A stretch of 64,000 nt of DNA from Eledone cirrhosa (lineage: Eukaryota). The stretch covers positions 234,980,001 through 235,044,000 of the forward strand of contig OZ024741.1 of NCBI GenBank assembly GCA_964016885.1, written 5' to 3'. Numbering within the stretch: the stretch's first letter is position 1; each line of letters opens with the position of its first letter. The position numbers and the translations under genes were made by a program. This document shows positions 24,491-41,579 of this stretch, one piece after another. The notes beneath the pieces are model-generated. The model ran no database searches. It had not been told where the DNA came from and saw only the letters and a list, made by a program, of their open reading frames with translations.

Positions 24491-24675
24491 TTCATGCAGA
24501 AAGAGTAAGAAAATTGTTAAATAAAGAAAAATGACAGAAAATGCGAGGGGAAAAATGAAGGAAAGGAATAACGAGAGGGGAAAGAACGGCTAGGAGGGAA
24601 ATGTCTAAGAAATTGGCGGTAAATATAGAAAAAATGAGATGCTATCTGCTGGGATAGGGGGTGGAGTATACATAC

Positions 24676-24717
<42 letters not shown>

Positions 24718-24766
24718 ATATATTGATAGATAGACAGAAATATAGATAGATTTGTATGTTTATATG

Positions 24767-24818
<52 letters not shown>

Positions 24819-25144
24819 GGCAAGGGAGAGGGGAGGAGAGACAATGTGTGAAATTGAGAGAAAAAGAACTAAAACAATAGAGAGAAACAGTGTAAAGTTA
24901 ATAATATACACACATACATACACACACACGCGCGCGCACACACACACATACACACATACACACACACACACACACACACATATCTATATAAATTATGCTA
25001 TATTATATTTATATATATATACTAGGTCAGCTTCGAATCAAAGGTCGGAATAGAAGACCAACGATCAAATGCCTGTCAGAGACAGCTGAGAAAAGCTCAA
25101 TATGGATATGGTTAAAGAGGAATGACAACTGGAACTAAAATAGG

Positions 25145-25465
25145 GTGGTATGGTCCCGTAACTCCTGGCGGAGTCGTAGGGGCGCCGTAGTGGCATATGG
25201 GAATATTAAGCCTGGCTGAGCCCATCCCTCTCCAGGCCTGACCACAGTAGATTTCTTCCAGAAAAGGATAGAAAGTGAGAGAGAGGAAATGTGAAAGAGA
25301 TATAGAGGAAGAATTGACATTAGTACTCGACTGGTACATTTTATATCGACCTCGAAAGGATGAAAGGCAAAGTTGACCTCGGTGGGATTTGGACTCAGAG
25401 AGCAGAGAGCCGGAACGAATAACGCAAAGCACTCTATCCGACGTTCTAATGACTGCCAATTCGTG
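25145..25465 (-). mobile_element. SINE copy with longer 3' tail
   Basis: SINE core 25320-25465; the tail recurs at 47090-47320. Confidence 0.7.
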
Positions 25466-25659
25466 TCCTTATAAGATAAGCTGACTGCTGTTTAAATAGA
25501 TGTGATGTGTTCTGCCGTCTCTCGTCGTGGCTGAGTAGTGTAAACCACAGGAATGAGCATCAAGATCACCGGAAATACCTGCGTTCATATATCTCTGCAG
25601 GAGAAAAACAGCAGGACACCTATATATTAGTATTGACGGGTGTAAAATCAGTCGGCTGG

Positions 25660-26430
25660 AATTTGCAGAGGACAAGGAGTTACTTAACTCGACAGAAGGT
25701 GATCTCCAACTTGCACTCGATAAGTTTGATGCAGAGTGTTGCATGGCTGTAATGAAAATCAGTGCAGCGAAAACTGAGGAACTCGTCTTCTCAAGGAAGC
25801 CTGCGCAGTGCACGCTACATGTAAATCGAGTTCCATTGAAGCAAGTAGAGAAGTTCAAGTATCTTGTAGCCGTGTTCACGTGTGATGGAAGGCAGGAGCT
25901 GGTGCAGTATTGTGCCAGCTTCAGTATTTGGTAATCAGAAGAAGGAGTGTAGACGTAAAAGCCAAACTCGCTATCTTTAATTAAGTATTTGTGCCAACCC
26001 TATGGTTATGAATCTTGGGTAATGACCGAAAGAATACGATCGCGAATTCAAGCGGCCGAAATGTAGTTCCTCCGAAGGGTCTTCGGAGTAATGTTCCTCG
26101 ATAGAGTGCGTAGATCGGAGATCAGAGAGTCACTCCAAGTAGAGCCGCTGATTTTCCGAACTGAAAGATCACAGTTCCAATATTATAGGCATGTGGTTAG
26201 AATGTCTCAGGAAAGAATTGCTGGACAGATTTTACGGGTAAAACTAACCGACAGGAGACCCAGGGGATAGACCCCGAGCAAGATGGTTGGATAACATCCA
26301 TGAGCTTGGCTAGTCTCGCTTGGGGATCTAGCTGGATCAGTTGGAGACGGTTGCTTCAGACAGGACCCGCTGGAAGGAGTGTTGAGGAATCTTCCCACGA
26401 CGTTTTCAGGAATAAGTTGGCGAAGAAGTA
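25660..26430 (+). pseudogene. Decayed RTE LINE 3' fragment
   Basis: DLQLALDKFDAEC..MKISAAKTE..LKQVEKFKYL; YGYESW; RPRGRP; stops and frameshifts. Confidence 0.8.
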
Positions 26431-26819
26431 GATCTTACTTTGGCCCGCGTAACTCTATGATCAGTCCAATATTCATTCCACCCCCATTGTCCGTACACTC
26501 AAAATGTCTTTTTGAACGGTTGTGCTGACAAAAATATATTGTGCTTAAACCTTTATATTGTGCTTAAACCTTTGGTGAACCCAAGTAACCTTATACTTAT
26601 TTTCCTGTATGAAGACTTGCTAAAAATCACTTATAAGAAGTTGAACATACCATCTCTTCCTCTTGATAGAAATCAATGGCGAAAATGACATGGTCTGGGG
26701 TAAAGGATTTTGAAGAAAACAAACGAAACTTTACAAACGTGAAAGAAAACTACGGACAAATAACATTTTGCTAAACACAGAAACTTGAGAAATTTGTGGT
26801 CTTGGTTGCAGTCCAGGCG

Positions 26820-27690
26820 AGTGTCTTTGATCGAGTTATCGGTGTAAGTGTATCGGCGTTTTCCTCTCCTTGCATCTCCATGAAATGACTAACTTGGATG
26901 CTTCCAGTTCAGAGTGTCGCACACAATGACCAGATATGTGGAGCCATTTTTGCCTGATCTTCTCGCAGACTTTTGGAAGGTCTCCATAATGCACATTGTT
27001 AACCAAGCAGTCGGCATTAACATCCATCTTGGGGAAATCGAGGCCATGTTTAACAGCCACGCTAAACCATCACCAGTTATTGTAAATGGAAAAACCATCG
27101 AGGAAGTAGAAAGTTACGTGTATCTCGAAAAGAAGATTGCAATACATGATACCCCACTTTCGGAGGTAAAAAAAAAAAAAAAAAGGATTGCGTTTGACCG
27201 GGCAGCTTTTGGAAAAGTTTATAAAATCATAAGAAGTCTCAAATAAGCAATCGAAACCAAAAAAGAAAGCTGTTTAAAGAATATGTTCTGATGGTGATGA
27301 CATATTGAAATGAGACGTGGACAGTTAGCACTATCAAAGCAGAGTCCCTTGCAGTGGCCCAACGTAAAATGGAACAAATTATGCTCGGCCTCCTCTTACA
27401 TGACAGAGAGAACAACACAAGGACTCGACAGCAGATTGGCGTGAAGGACATAATCGAGACACCAGGAAGGGCAAACATAGGTGGTCTGTTCACGCCTCTC
27501 GTTTCAGAGACAACAGGTAGACTATTAAAGTGACAGAGTTAACATTAAGGTAGTAGAGAAGAACCAGAGGGCGGCCAAAGGTCAGATATCGCGATATCAT
27601 CTGACCCAAATACCCCAGTCCCACAGATAGGAAGCGATGGATGGCAACCAGGGAGGGGTTCCTTCAACAGGAGTGAGAAGGCCTTGAATT
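26820..27690. pseudogene. Two decayed RTE fragments (minus 26820-26990, plus 26990-27690)
   Basis: KIRQKWLHISGHCVRH (-); VGINIHL..VNGKTIEEVESYVYL, AQRKMEQIMLG (+). Confidence 0.7.
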
Positions 27691-28059
27691 TTGGATTTTA
27701 GATTTTGGATACATATATACATATAAAATATGCATATATCAAATATGACGTTATTCACTATACAAGAGGCTGTTCATACACAGTGATGGCGACCTCTCAC
27801 ATTTACATGAGGCATGACGCACAATTCATACGACCAACTCTAGCCAAAACCAAGGCAGATATCCTACAATAACATCACTACCACCAAATACTAAATCAAA
27901 CTTTAAAACATCCACCCGCGTAACCTGGAATCCTAAAATCTGCCAGTATTCCCAACGCGAGAGATTATATTTGCAATAAGGTTGTCCCTTCACTCATCTT
28001 CTTGGCACTCAAGACATGAATAGAAATAGGACACCAAGCCTAAACATCATTTTATTCAT

Positions 28060-29659
28060 ACTAACTCAGACCTACTGTTGACGTCTCGACTGATGAAAAT
28101 AACACCCACCATAATGATGCTAAAACTATGGGTGAGATACTGCAGAAACTGTTTTCAGCAAACCGGATATGGATGATTTGGGCTGTATTAGTAATGTTAA
28201 CTCCCAACATATTATATCTGACATAACGTTTGGCGCCCCTAATATATTAGCGGCAATTAACAAAATTAAACAGAACTCAGTAGCGATCCCCGACAGGTTC
28301 CCTACTAGTGTCCTGAAGGAGTGTTGACACCAGCTTGTATCCTCTTTAGATAATCTCTGGAGGAACTCACTGGACGCTGGCTATATCCCTGCAAATGTTC
28401 TGTCCCAGTCTGTCGTCCCACTTTTCAAAAGAGGGAAACAACTCACTTGCAGTGAATTACCACCCGATCTCACTCATCTCTCATATCATTAAGGTATTCG
28501 AGAAGGTGGTGAAGAAACTAAACATTGAAGTCTACCACAGTGGGTTAAATGTTTCCTGGTGAACTGAGCCCAGCATATTGTCGTCGAAGGAATACGATTA
28601 CGCTCAGCCAAAGTCAGTCGTGGCATCCTACAAGGTTCTGTGTTGGGTCCATTTCTCTTCATTAATTACATCAATGACATTATAGACGTCATCCAGCAGA
28701 ACAACCTAAGAATCTTCGCAGATGATTCCAAGCTCCAGGTCATCAATGGAGTGGAAGATCGGATTTGGCTTCAATCAGATCTGATTGCTGTAATCCAATG
28801 AGCGAAAAAATAAAGAAAAATTTAAAATTAATCCACTTTGGAAGAGATGATGCACTGAAGTTATTCTCTTCTCTCCGGTAAAACCCTCGTGGCATTAAAC
28901 AACACCAGAGACCTTGGAGTAATTATCGATAACAACTTAAACTGGAGTACTCATATAAACAGGAACGTTGATTAGGTACACCGGATGTGTTCCTGGATTC
29001 TCAGAACTTTCCGGTCTAAAGAAATTCACACCATAATCCTTCTCTTCTCTACTTTTATTTGACCTCATCTTGAATACTATTGTCTATTGTGGTCTCCTCA
29101 CACAAAATAAAGTGCTTTATGAATATTGAAGCACTCCACAAGTCAATTGCAAACAGGATAGACGGCATGACAGGCCTTGACCATTGGGATCGACTAGAAT
29201 AACTCAAACTCTACTCTCTTCAGCGTCACCTTGAATAATGCATCATCTGTATGATATGGAAAATATTTCATCAACATTGCCCAGATCATGTTGGCATCAC
29301 CTTTAAAATCCATCTAAAGCTTGATTGTCGTTCTATCTACCCACTACAAAGCTCACATTGAACTCTCATCTCAGAACAACATTACGGTACAACTATTTCA
29401 TCTCAACTAGCCCAGCTCTATTTAATATCATACCGAAATACATCAAAACAGATCGCTTAGAATTTAAAATGCCCCTGGATATATTCCTCCAATAAATTCC
29501 GGATAAACACACGGATATGTCTTCGAAAACAATAACTCGCTACTAGATTAGGCCATGGTGTCCAAAACATGACTGAGGTGCTAATCATGACCAGAAAAAC
29601 TTGGTTAGGTAGTTCTTAGAGGTGACCTGGGCCAATACTGGCCGAAACCTATCAAAGTC

Positions 29660-29660
<1 letters not shown>
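28060..29660 (+). pseudogene. Decayed CR1-like LINE RT region
   Basis: PLFKRG, NYHPISL, GILQGSVLGPFLFINYIND, IFADDSKL, RDLGVIIDNNL, LEYYCLLWSP; many stops. Confidence 0.8.
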
Positions 29661-29707
<47 letters not shown>

Positions 29708-29711
<4 letters not shown>

Positions 29712-30088
29712 TTAAAACAATGAAATAAAAATTCAAGTCATTAGAAATATACTTCACTGCTTTACGATCGTTTCTAGGTGATGATAATACATCGTAACCA
29801 TATTTCGTTATCGATCTATGTAAGGTTAGTTACAAAATATCAGATAAGGAAAATATTTACTTACATGCATATCACCAGCTGTTCTAGAAACGATCGTAAA
29901 GCAGTGAAGTATATTTCTAATGACTTGAATTTTTATTTCATTGTTTTAACTTATATCATGACTCTGTTTTCCTTTTAATGTTTTATTGTTTTCCGGGATT
30001 TATTTTAACCTACAACATTTTCAACATATGGATTACATTGAGTTCTTCATGCAGACTAGATCCCACAACTTACCGTGGATATCTCTGT
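29708..30088. mobile_element. Fold-back insert with hammerhead 3' half and bulged hairpin
   Basis: Arms 29708-29778 / 29885-29954 with GAAAC-GAUC-GUA; GACTC-TGT..ACA-TT-GAGTT downstream. Confidence 0.65.
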
Positions 30089-30098
30089 ATATATATAT

Positions 30099-30185
<87 letters not shown>

Positions 30186-30270
30186 AGAAAGAGAGAGAGA
30201 GCTGTATAGGTAGATAAATATATATGTATGCGGGCGTGCAAATACCCCCTCTCACTGTTTTTCTCCCTCA

Positions 30271-30315
<45 letters not shown>

Positions 30316-30318
<3 letters not shown>

Positions 30319-31421
30319 GGTGCGGACGATATTTGTTCGCAAGATTACTGTCTAGGAAAATATAACACAGTAGTTTTAATTTTAGATCTGTTGGTGTCTC
30401 GTTCCACTGCGCCCCACACAAAGAAGTCGAGGAGTTCCAGTCAGGCGAGCTGGGAGGCCAGATGTTAGGTGAAGTGTGGTCGACGAAGTTCTCTGACAGC
30501 CAGGCTTGGGTCTTTCGGCTGGTATGGCAGGGCGTTGAGTTTTGCTGCCACACGTACGGCCTACCTGCAGCTACCTGGTCGATCCAGGGCTTTACTACCT
30601 CGCTCAGAACGCGGATGTAGCCATCGGTGTTCAGCTTGAGGCCCTCAGGGAAGCAGTGAGGTGGTATGACGTCACCTTGACTGCTGACGACACCTAAGAC
30701 CACTGTTGTCGCTGGAAACTTTGTCTGCATGACTCTGGGCACGTCTTTGGATGAGACAGCGGGCCACCTGTTGTTCTGGGAGTTGATCTTCTGGTCTTGG
30801 CAGAAGTTTTTCTCGTCGGAGCAAAACCACAGCATGTCTGGCTCCAGTGGGTGTTTCAACTTCTTGATCAGCTTCTATGCGCGCTTCAGTCGCTTTTCAT
30901 GCATCGCCTTTGACAGAAATTGTCCTTTCCTCATCTTGTATGAAACGTAGCGAATGTCTTCATGTACCACCAGCCTAATGAGCTTTTCATCCACGTCTTT
31001 CTCCCTTGCAATGGCACGCATCGACTTGCTAGATTCATTGTTGATGATATCCTGAACTTCAGCGACGAAGTCGGGTGTTCTGAAGGCGTCAGATCGTCGA
31101 TCATGTGTTTTCCTCTCTGATGTGGCTTCGTAGTCGAATCCTGAATCTTCCAATTCCTTTCTGACCTTTTCCACCATTCTCCTGCTGACGTTGAGAAAGT
31201 CTGAAATTTCCTTATTTGTCCTCCCGGCGCGGATTCCAAGGAGAACTCCGTGTCTCTTCCACAAATTTGGAAGTTCAAAATTATTCATAATCAATTATTC
31301 TGAAAATAAATAATGGAAATATAGTCACTGTTTTTATGAAGACAAGAGTGACAACGGAAGTAAAAAAAATTTGCATAAAATTAGCAGTTGAAAATTGCGA
31401 ACAAATATCGTCCACACCCTG
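30316..31421 (-). mobile_element. Tc1/mariner DD37D (maT-like) transposon, defective
   Basis: TIRs CAGGGTGYGGACGATATTTGTTCGCAA, TA flanks; transposase 31294-30400 with SDEKNF, QQNSTPCH, WPPSSPD; stop at 30875 and 3' deletion. Confidence 0.9.
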
Positions 31422-31422
31422 T

Positions 31423-31453
<31 letters not shown>

Positions 31454-31680
31454 CGCGAACACATATTTCAACCTCGAAATGGTGAAAGGCAATTGACAGC
31501 GACGGGATTTGACCTCAGAGCGCAGATAACCCACAGGAATACTGAAAAACATTATATTCGACGCTTATCGATTCTGCCAATTCGCCAAGAACTCATCTCT
31601 GTGATTTATAAATTCGATTGAATAAAAGTTGTAAACTTCGCGATTCCAGCATTGGCCAAAATTTAGAGCACATTTTACAG

Positions 31681-31895
31681 GTGGATTGGCAGAATCGTTA
31701 GAGCATCGGACTACATGCTTTGTGGCATATAGTTACGGTTCTTTACGGTCTGAGTTCAAATCCCGCCGAGGTTAACTTTGCCTTTCATCCTTACGAGGTC
31801 GATAAAATAAAGTTCCAGTTGCGCAGTAGGGTTGATGTAATCGACTTTCCCCTCCCCCAAAATTGTTGGCCTTGTGCCTAAATCAGAAACCATTA
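31681..31895 (+). mobile_element. tRNA-derived SINE
   Basis: A/B boxes and family core; decayed inverted copy at 31465-31590. Confidence 0.85.
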
Positions 31896-32464
31896 TTCCA
31901 GGGGACAATGTCAACTACCTCTGAAAAACAGTATGCAGATTTTTTTGTCTTGTAATCCGGGCGTGCTTCCTTAGATATATCCATATATATCAATTAACTT
32001 ATGCGTACAGTGTGTATTTATTACAATAATATTACACGTGGATTATACTTTTTACGTTGTTATATCATTCTACAAATGTTTTACTGCTTTATGTAATTAT
32101 TCAATCAATGTTAGTTAATATTATGGACTCCATTTACATAGCTTACGATGACTTACCTGCTGATGCACATCTTCAGAAAATGTTGTGCTTCAGCAGGCAA
32201 TTAAATCATCGAAAGTTATGTAAATGGAGTCCAAATAGTACCTAATATTATCTAATATTTACATTCTGAATATGGCGAATGGAGGAAAGAATTCAATCAA
32301 CTGAATCTCTCCTTACAATTTCACGACCAAAAGTACTTTTAGAGGTTTTCAGATCATGAAAAATCAAGAAAACTCCTATGGCCTGAGCTGATCCAATCGT
32401 TTTGGAACAATTATAAGGAATGTAGAGGGAATGAACCTTATCTATAAAGTTCTTTGGTGAAAGC

Positions 32465-32502
32465 AGCGGGCATGTTTCGATCTTATTAGATCTCTACAGC
32501 GA
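32465..32502 (-). ncRNA. Degenerate minimal hammerhead
   Basis: CG-CUGUAGA-GAUCU-aaua-AGAUC-GAAAC-AU-GCC-CG. Confidence 0.45.
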
Positions 32503-32634
32503 AACATATTCACATTTATGTTTGACTAGAATATGGTCAAATATATACAGGAAAAGGGAAAGAAAATAAAAGCTAATGATGTGTTTGAAGAAAGAGTAGT
32601 GGCGAAAATGCCTGGGGGGAGTGTTCTGCATGAA

Positions 32635-32690
<56 letters not shown>

Positions 32691-33013
32691 CACAATTGTT
32701 TATATATTTCTCTATACTCCCCCCACCCCAGGATTGGAGAGTAAAGAATCATTCCTTATCAATTTATACACTCTTTTCCTCTTTCCCTCTCACTCTCTCT
32801 CTCATCTCTCTCCCCCTCTCTCTCTATATATATATGTATGTGTGTGTGTGATAAGGGAGTGGGAGTGAAAAATAATAGGTGAGATATTGGGTGAGAGGGA
32901 GTGTGTGAGTGTTCGAGACGGTGGCTTGGTTGGGGATAGAAACGTATCAAACGAGCTAGATCGATAGAAAAAGAGAGATAGAAAGAGAGAGAAAAAGAAA
33001 GAGAAAGAGAGAT

Positions 33014-33097
<84 letters not shown>

Positions 33098-33131
33098 ATT
33101 TAATTATAGAAAGAGTGAAAAACAGAAAAGA

Positions 33132-34775
33132 GTGGGTGGTGATGGTGTTGGTGGTGGTGGTGGTGGTAATAGGAGTTGTGGTGGTGGTGTTGGCGGTAAT
33201 GATGGTGGTGATGGTGTTGGTGGTGGTAATAGTAGTTGTGGTGGTGGTGTTGGTGGTGGTGGTGGTGGTAATAGTAGTTGTGGTGGTAGTGTTGGTGGTA
33301 ATGGTGGTGGTGATGGTGTTGGTGGTGGTGGTGTTGGTGGTGGTAATAGTAGTTGTGGTGGTGGTGTTGGAGGTAATGATGGTGGTGGTGGTGTTGGTGG
33401 TGGTGGTGGTGGTAATAGTAGTTGTGGTGGTAGTGTTGGTGGTAATGATGGTGGTGATGGTGTTGGTGGTGGTGGTGTTGGTGGTGGTAATAGTAGTTGT
33501 GGTGGTGGTGTTGGAGGTAATGATGGTGGTGGTGGTGGTGGTGGTAATAGTAGTTGTGGTGGTGGTGTTGGAGGTAATGATGGTGGTGATGGTGTTGGTG
33601 GTGGTGGTAATAGTAGTTGTGGTGGTGGTGTTGGTGGTGGTGTTGGTGGTGGTGATGGTAATAGTAGTTGTGGTGGTGGTGTTGGTGGTGGTGGTAATAG
33701 TAGTTGTGGTGGTGGTGTTGGAGGTAATGATGGTGTTGGTGGTGTTGGTGGTGTTGGTGTTGGTGGTGGTGGTGGTAATAGTAGTTGTGGTGGTGGTGTT
33801 GGTGGTGTTGGTGGTGATGGTGTTGGTGGTGGTGTTGGTGGTGATGGTGTTGGTGGTGGTGGTGGTGGTGGTGGTAATAGTAGTTGTGGTGGTGGTGTTG
33901 GTGGTGTTGGTGGTGGTGATGGTGTTGGTGGTGGTGGTGGTGGTGGTGGTGTTGGTGGTGATGGTGTTGGTGGTGGTGGTGGTGGTGGTGGTAATAGTAG
34001 TTGTGGTGGTGGTGTTGGTGGTGTTGGTGGTGGTGGTGGTGTTGGTGGTGTTGGTGGTGGTGATGGTGTTGGTGGTGGTGGTGGTGGTGGTGGTAATAGT
34101 AGTTGTGGTGGTGGTGTTGGTGGTGTTGGTGGTGGTGGTGGTGGTGGTGGTAATAGTAGTTGTGGTGGTGGTGTTGGTGGTGTTGGTGGTGGTGATGGTG
34201 TTGGTGGTGGTGGTGGTGGTGGTGGTGTTGGTGGTGATGGTGTTGGTGGTGGTGGTGGTGGTGGTGGTAATAGTAGTTGTGGTGGTGGTGTTGGTGGTGT
34301 TGGTGGTGGTGGTGGTGGTAGTGGTGGTAATAGTAGTTGTGGTGGTGGTGTTGGTGGTGTTGGTGGTGGTGATGGTGTTGGTGGTGGTGGTGGTGGTGGT
34401 GGTGTTGGTGGTGATGGTGTTGGTGGTGGTGGTGGTGGTGGTGGTAATAGTAGTTGTGGTGGTGGTGTTGGTGGTGTTGGTGGTGGTGGTGGTGTTGGTG
34501 GTGTTGGTGGTGGTGATGGTGTTGGTGGTGGTGTTGGTGGTGATGGTGTTGGTGGTGGTGGTGGTGGTGGTGGTAATAGTAGTTGTGGTGGTGGTGTTGG
34601 TGGTGTTGGTGGTGGTGGTGGTGGTGGTAATAGTAGTTATGGTGTTGGTGGTGATGGTGTTGGTGGTGATGGTGTTGGTGGTGGTGGTGGTGGTGGTAAT
34701 AGTAGTTATGGTGTTGGTGGTGATGGTGTTGGTGTTGGTGGTGATGGTGTTGGTGGTGGTGGTGGTGGTGATGGA
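33132..34775. repeat. (GGT)n-based compound minisatellite with GGTAATAGTAGTTGT landmark
   Basis: Triplet-phased array with a recurrent landmark and higher-order blocks. Confidence 0.95.
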
Positions 34776-34904
34776 ATGAGTACAAATTAACCCACATGAG
34801 AGAGTTAAAGTTGAAGGGAAAGAGAGGTAGAAATGGTGGGGGTGAGGGCAGATGAAAATGTAGAGAGATAGAGGGGGTGGGAGGGAGTAAAAGGGAAGGA
34901 AAGC

Positions 34905-38404
<3,500 letters not shown>

Positions 38405-38611
38405 GTGGTGGAATTGGTAGTGATAGGAAATAGAGACAGAGAGAGATATAGGAGAGCAGAGTGAGTATGCATGTATGTGTCTAGAAGTACGTGTGTGTTT
38501 TTTGTGTGCGTGTGTATGTGAAAAAGAGAAAGAAGAGAAGGCGAGAAAGGCTGTAGTGAAGAGATATCAACTAAGTGATCACAGACAGACAGACAGTGAC
38601 GTAGAATGAAG

Positions 38612-39500
38612 GATGGTGGTGGTGGTAGTCGTGGTGGTGGTGTTGGTGGTGGTAGTGGTCGTGGTGGTGGTGTTGGTGTTGGTGGTGGTGGTGGTGGTGG
38701 AAGTGGTGTTGGTAGTGGTCGTGGTGGTGGTGGTGGTGTTGGTGTTGGTAGTGGTCGTGGTGGTGGTGGTTGTGGTGGTGGTATTGTTGTTGGTGGTAGT
38801 GGTGGTGGTAGTGGTGGTGGTGGTGGTGTTGGTGTTGGTAGTGGTGGTGGTGTTGGTGTTGGTGGTGGTGGTGGTGATGGTTGTGGTTGTGGTGGTGGTA
38901 TTCTTGTTGGTGGTAGTGGTGGTGGTGGTGTTGGTGTTGGTGGTGGTGGTGGTGGTGGTTGTGGTGGTGGTATTGTTGTTGGTGGTAGTGGTGGTGGTAG
39001 TGGTGGTGGTGGTGGTGTTGGTGTTGGTAGTGGTGGTGGTGTTGGTGTTGGTGTTGGTGGTGGTGTTGGTGGTTGTGGTGGTGGTATTGTTGTTGGTGGT
39101 AGTGGTGGTGGTCGTGATGGTGGTGGTAGTGGTGGTGGTTGTGATGGTGGTGGTGGTGGTGTTGGTGGTTGTGGTGGTGGTATTGTTGTTGGTGGTAGTG
39201 GTGGTGGTCGTGATGGTGATGGTGGTAGTGGTGGTGGTTGTGATGGTGGTAGTGGTGGTGTTGGTGGTGGTGGCAATGGTAGCATTGGTGGTGATTGTGC
39301 TGGTGTGGTGGTGGTGGTGCTGGTGTGGTGGTTGTAGTGTGTTAGTGGTGGTAATGGTAAAGGAGGGGTGGTGGTTGTGCTAGTGGTTGTCATGTGGTGG
39401 TCGGAGTTGTAGATGTGACGTTGGTGCTGTTAGTGGTGGTGTTGGTAATGGTGTTGGCAATGGTAGTGGTGTTGGTGGTAGTGTTAGTAGTGGTGTTAAA
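38612..39500. repeat. (GGT)n-based compound repeat
   Basis: GGT/AGT/GTT/CGT triplets with repeating sub-blocks. Confidence 0.95.
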
Positions 39501-40109
39501 GGTAGTTTTGACTATATTGTCTTTTAATCTGTAGATCTGTCCTAATTGACGTAGACTTATGCTCAAAAGCCTTCCAGGCGTGACCTGGTCACCTTTTTGT
39601 ATGTCAAGGTCTACATTATTCAATGTATTGTTCATATTTTAAAACGGTAGTTCGGGATTTTAGGGAGATTTGGTTGCTATTTTTTATCGTTGGAGACTCT
39701 ATATTGTTATTGTTGTCGTTTAGCCTTCGGTCAACCCTGATTGAGCATATCTATAATCAAAGGCATTCCAGCCATGACCATCCCATCTTTTTCTATGACG
39801 GTGGAGTATGATTTTAGGGAGATTTGACTGTTATTTCTTGCAGGTCAAGAGGACACCGAGACTTCTCCATTGACTTACTGAAGCTTAATAACGATGGCGG
39901 CAAGAAGACATTCATTTCCTGAATACAGGGTCCCCATAAGAACTTGGAATAGTTCTTTCAACGCATCTGCCTTTATCTATTCTTTCCCTTGGGATCATAA
40001 GGTGGAATACGGGGTTTCTGCATGTTGGAGAGGCAGAGAGGACGAATAGGTGGTTGGAGGGCATGACAACCTCTCACAGACTAGTTCGTGACTGATTCTT
40101 ACTCTTACC

Positions 40110-40620
40110 GTTAGAAGGTTGGACGCCATGCTTTGACGCATAGAGTTACGGCCCTTGCCATTCTGTGTTCAAATCCCGCCGAGGTTAACTTTGCCTTTCA
40201 TCCTTACGGGGCCGATAAAATAAAGTACCAGTAATGCACTGGGTAATTGCTGGCCTTGTGCCAAAAGTAGAAACAATTATATGGTGGTTTGGCAGTATCG
40301 GTAGAGCGTCAGACACCATGCTTTGCAGCATAGATTTATGGCCCTTTGCGTTCTGAGTTCAAATCCGCCGAGGTTAACTTTCCCTTTCATCCTTACGGAG
40401 TCGATAAAATAAAGTACCAGTAATGCACTGGAGTAATCATTGGCCTTGTGCCAAAAGTAGAAACAATTATATGGCAGTATCGGCAAAGGGTCGGACGCCA
40501 TGCTTTGCAGCATAGAATTACGTCCATTTACGGTCTGAGTTCAAATCTCGGGGTCGATAAAATAAAGCACCAGTAATGCACTGGGCTAATTGCTGACCTT
40601 GTGCCAAAAGTAGAAATAAT
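40110..40620 (+). mobile_element. Three head-to-tail SINE copies
   Basis: Units end in GTGCCAAAAGTAGAAA near 40278, 40468 and 40620. Confidence 0.9.
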
Positions 40621-41579
40621 TATATATACACATACATGCATGCACACACATGCCACCACTAAGCTTAATATGTATGGACCAGCAACTCTTTGTGGGGTCG
40701 TAGAGACATTGGGCATTTCTTGGGCATTTCCAACCCGACCACACCCGATTTCTGATGGGAGAGTGGTAGAGATATCAAAGATATAGCGGAAGAATCGACC
40801 CCGGTAATGGACTCTTTTTTATTGACTTCCAAAGGAGGTAAGGCCGTAATAACTACCACAACACATTCTGACTGACGTTCTAACGACTCTACCAATTCGT
40901 CGCCTACAAAAATTTTTAACTTTAATTCCAATATTTTTAATTATTAACTATTTTACTAAATTAAACTATTTTATTTAATGGAAGCAGAAGGAAAATGACG
41001 TTACGTTACTGATAAAAAATATCAACCAAAGCAATACACCCCACATGTATTTGTGTGTGTGTGTGTATATATATGTGTGTGTGTGTGAAAAATGGCGTGC
41101 TGCGTGTTGCAAATAGGATATATATGAATAAAATTAGTCCGTCATCAGTGATCTTCCAACCGTCATTGGTATTTCTTCGCATTAAAGATCATTTGATCTT
41201 TAATGCGAAGAAATATATATATATATCAAATAGGGTGTGGTAAAAACCAGGTAGACCATAACCCACAAGAGTACCCGATACTTGGGGTAGTACAGTGGGT
41301 AATATGAAAAGAATCCGAACCCTGACGGCTGAGCTCCGGCCGTTTCGACAGCTAGCTCCGAACTAACGCGCCAGTATATCCACCGCCATTCCAACCATCC
41401 ATGGAATATTATCAATAATTTAGTAAAAATATCTCCCTCCGTATATCACGCTTGTCCACAAATGAGCAGATCTTCAATGAAATACTGGCGCTTTAGTTCG
41501 GATCTGGCTGTCGAAACGGCTGGAGCTCAGCCGTCGGGGTCCTGAAACTTTTCATATATATATATATATATATATATAT

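Noticed and set aside
40110-40620. CRISPR-like or tRNA gene array
   Set aside because: The units are ~170-190-bp SINEs with no repeat-spacer structure or full cloverleaf.
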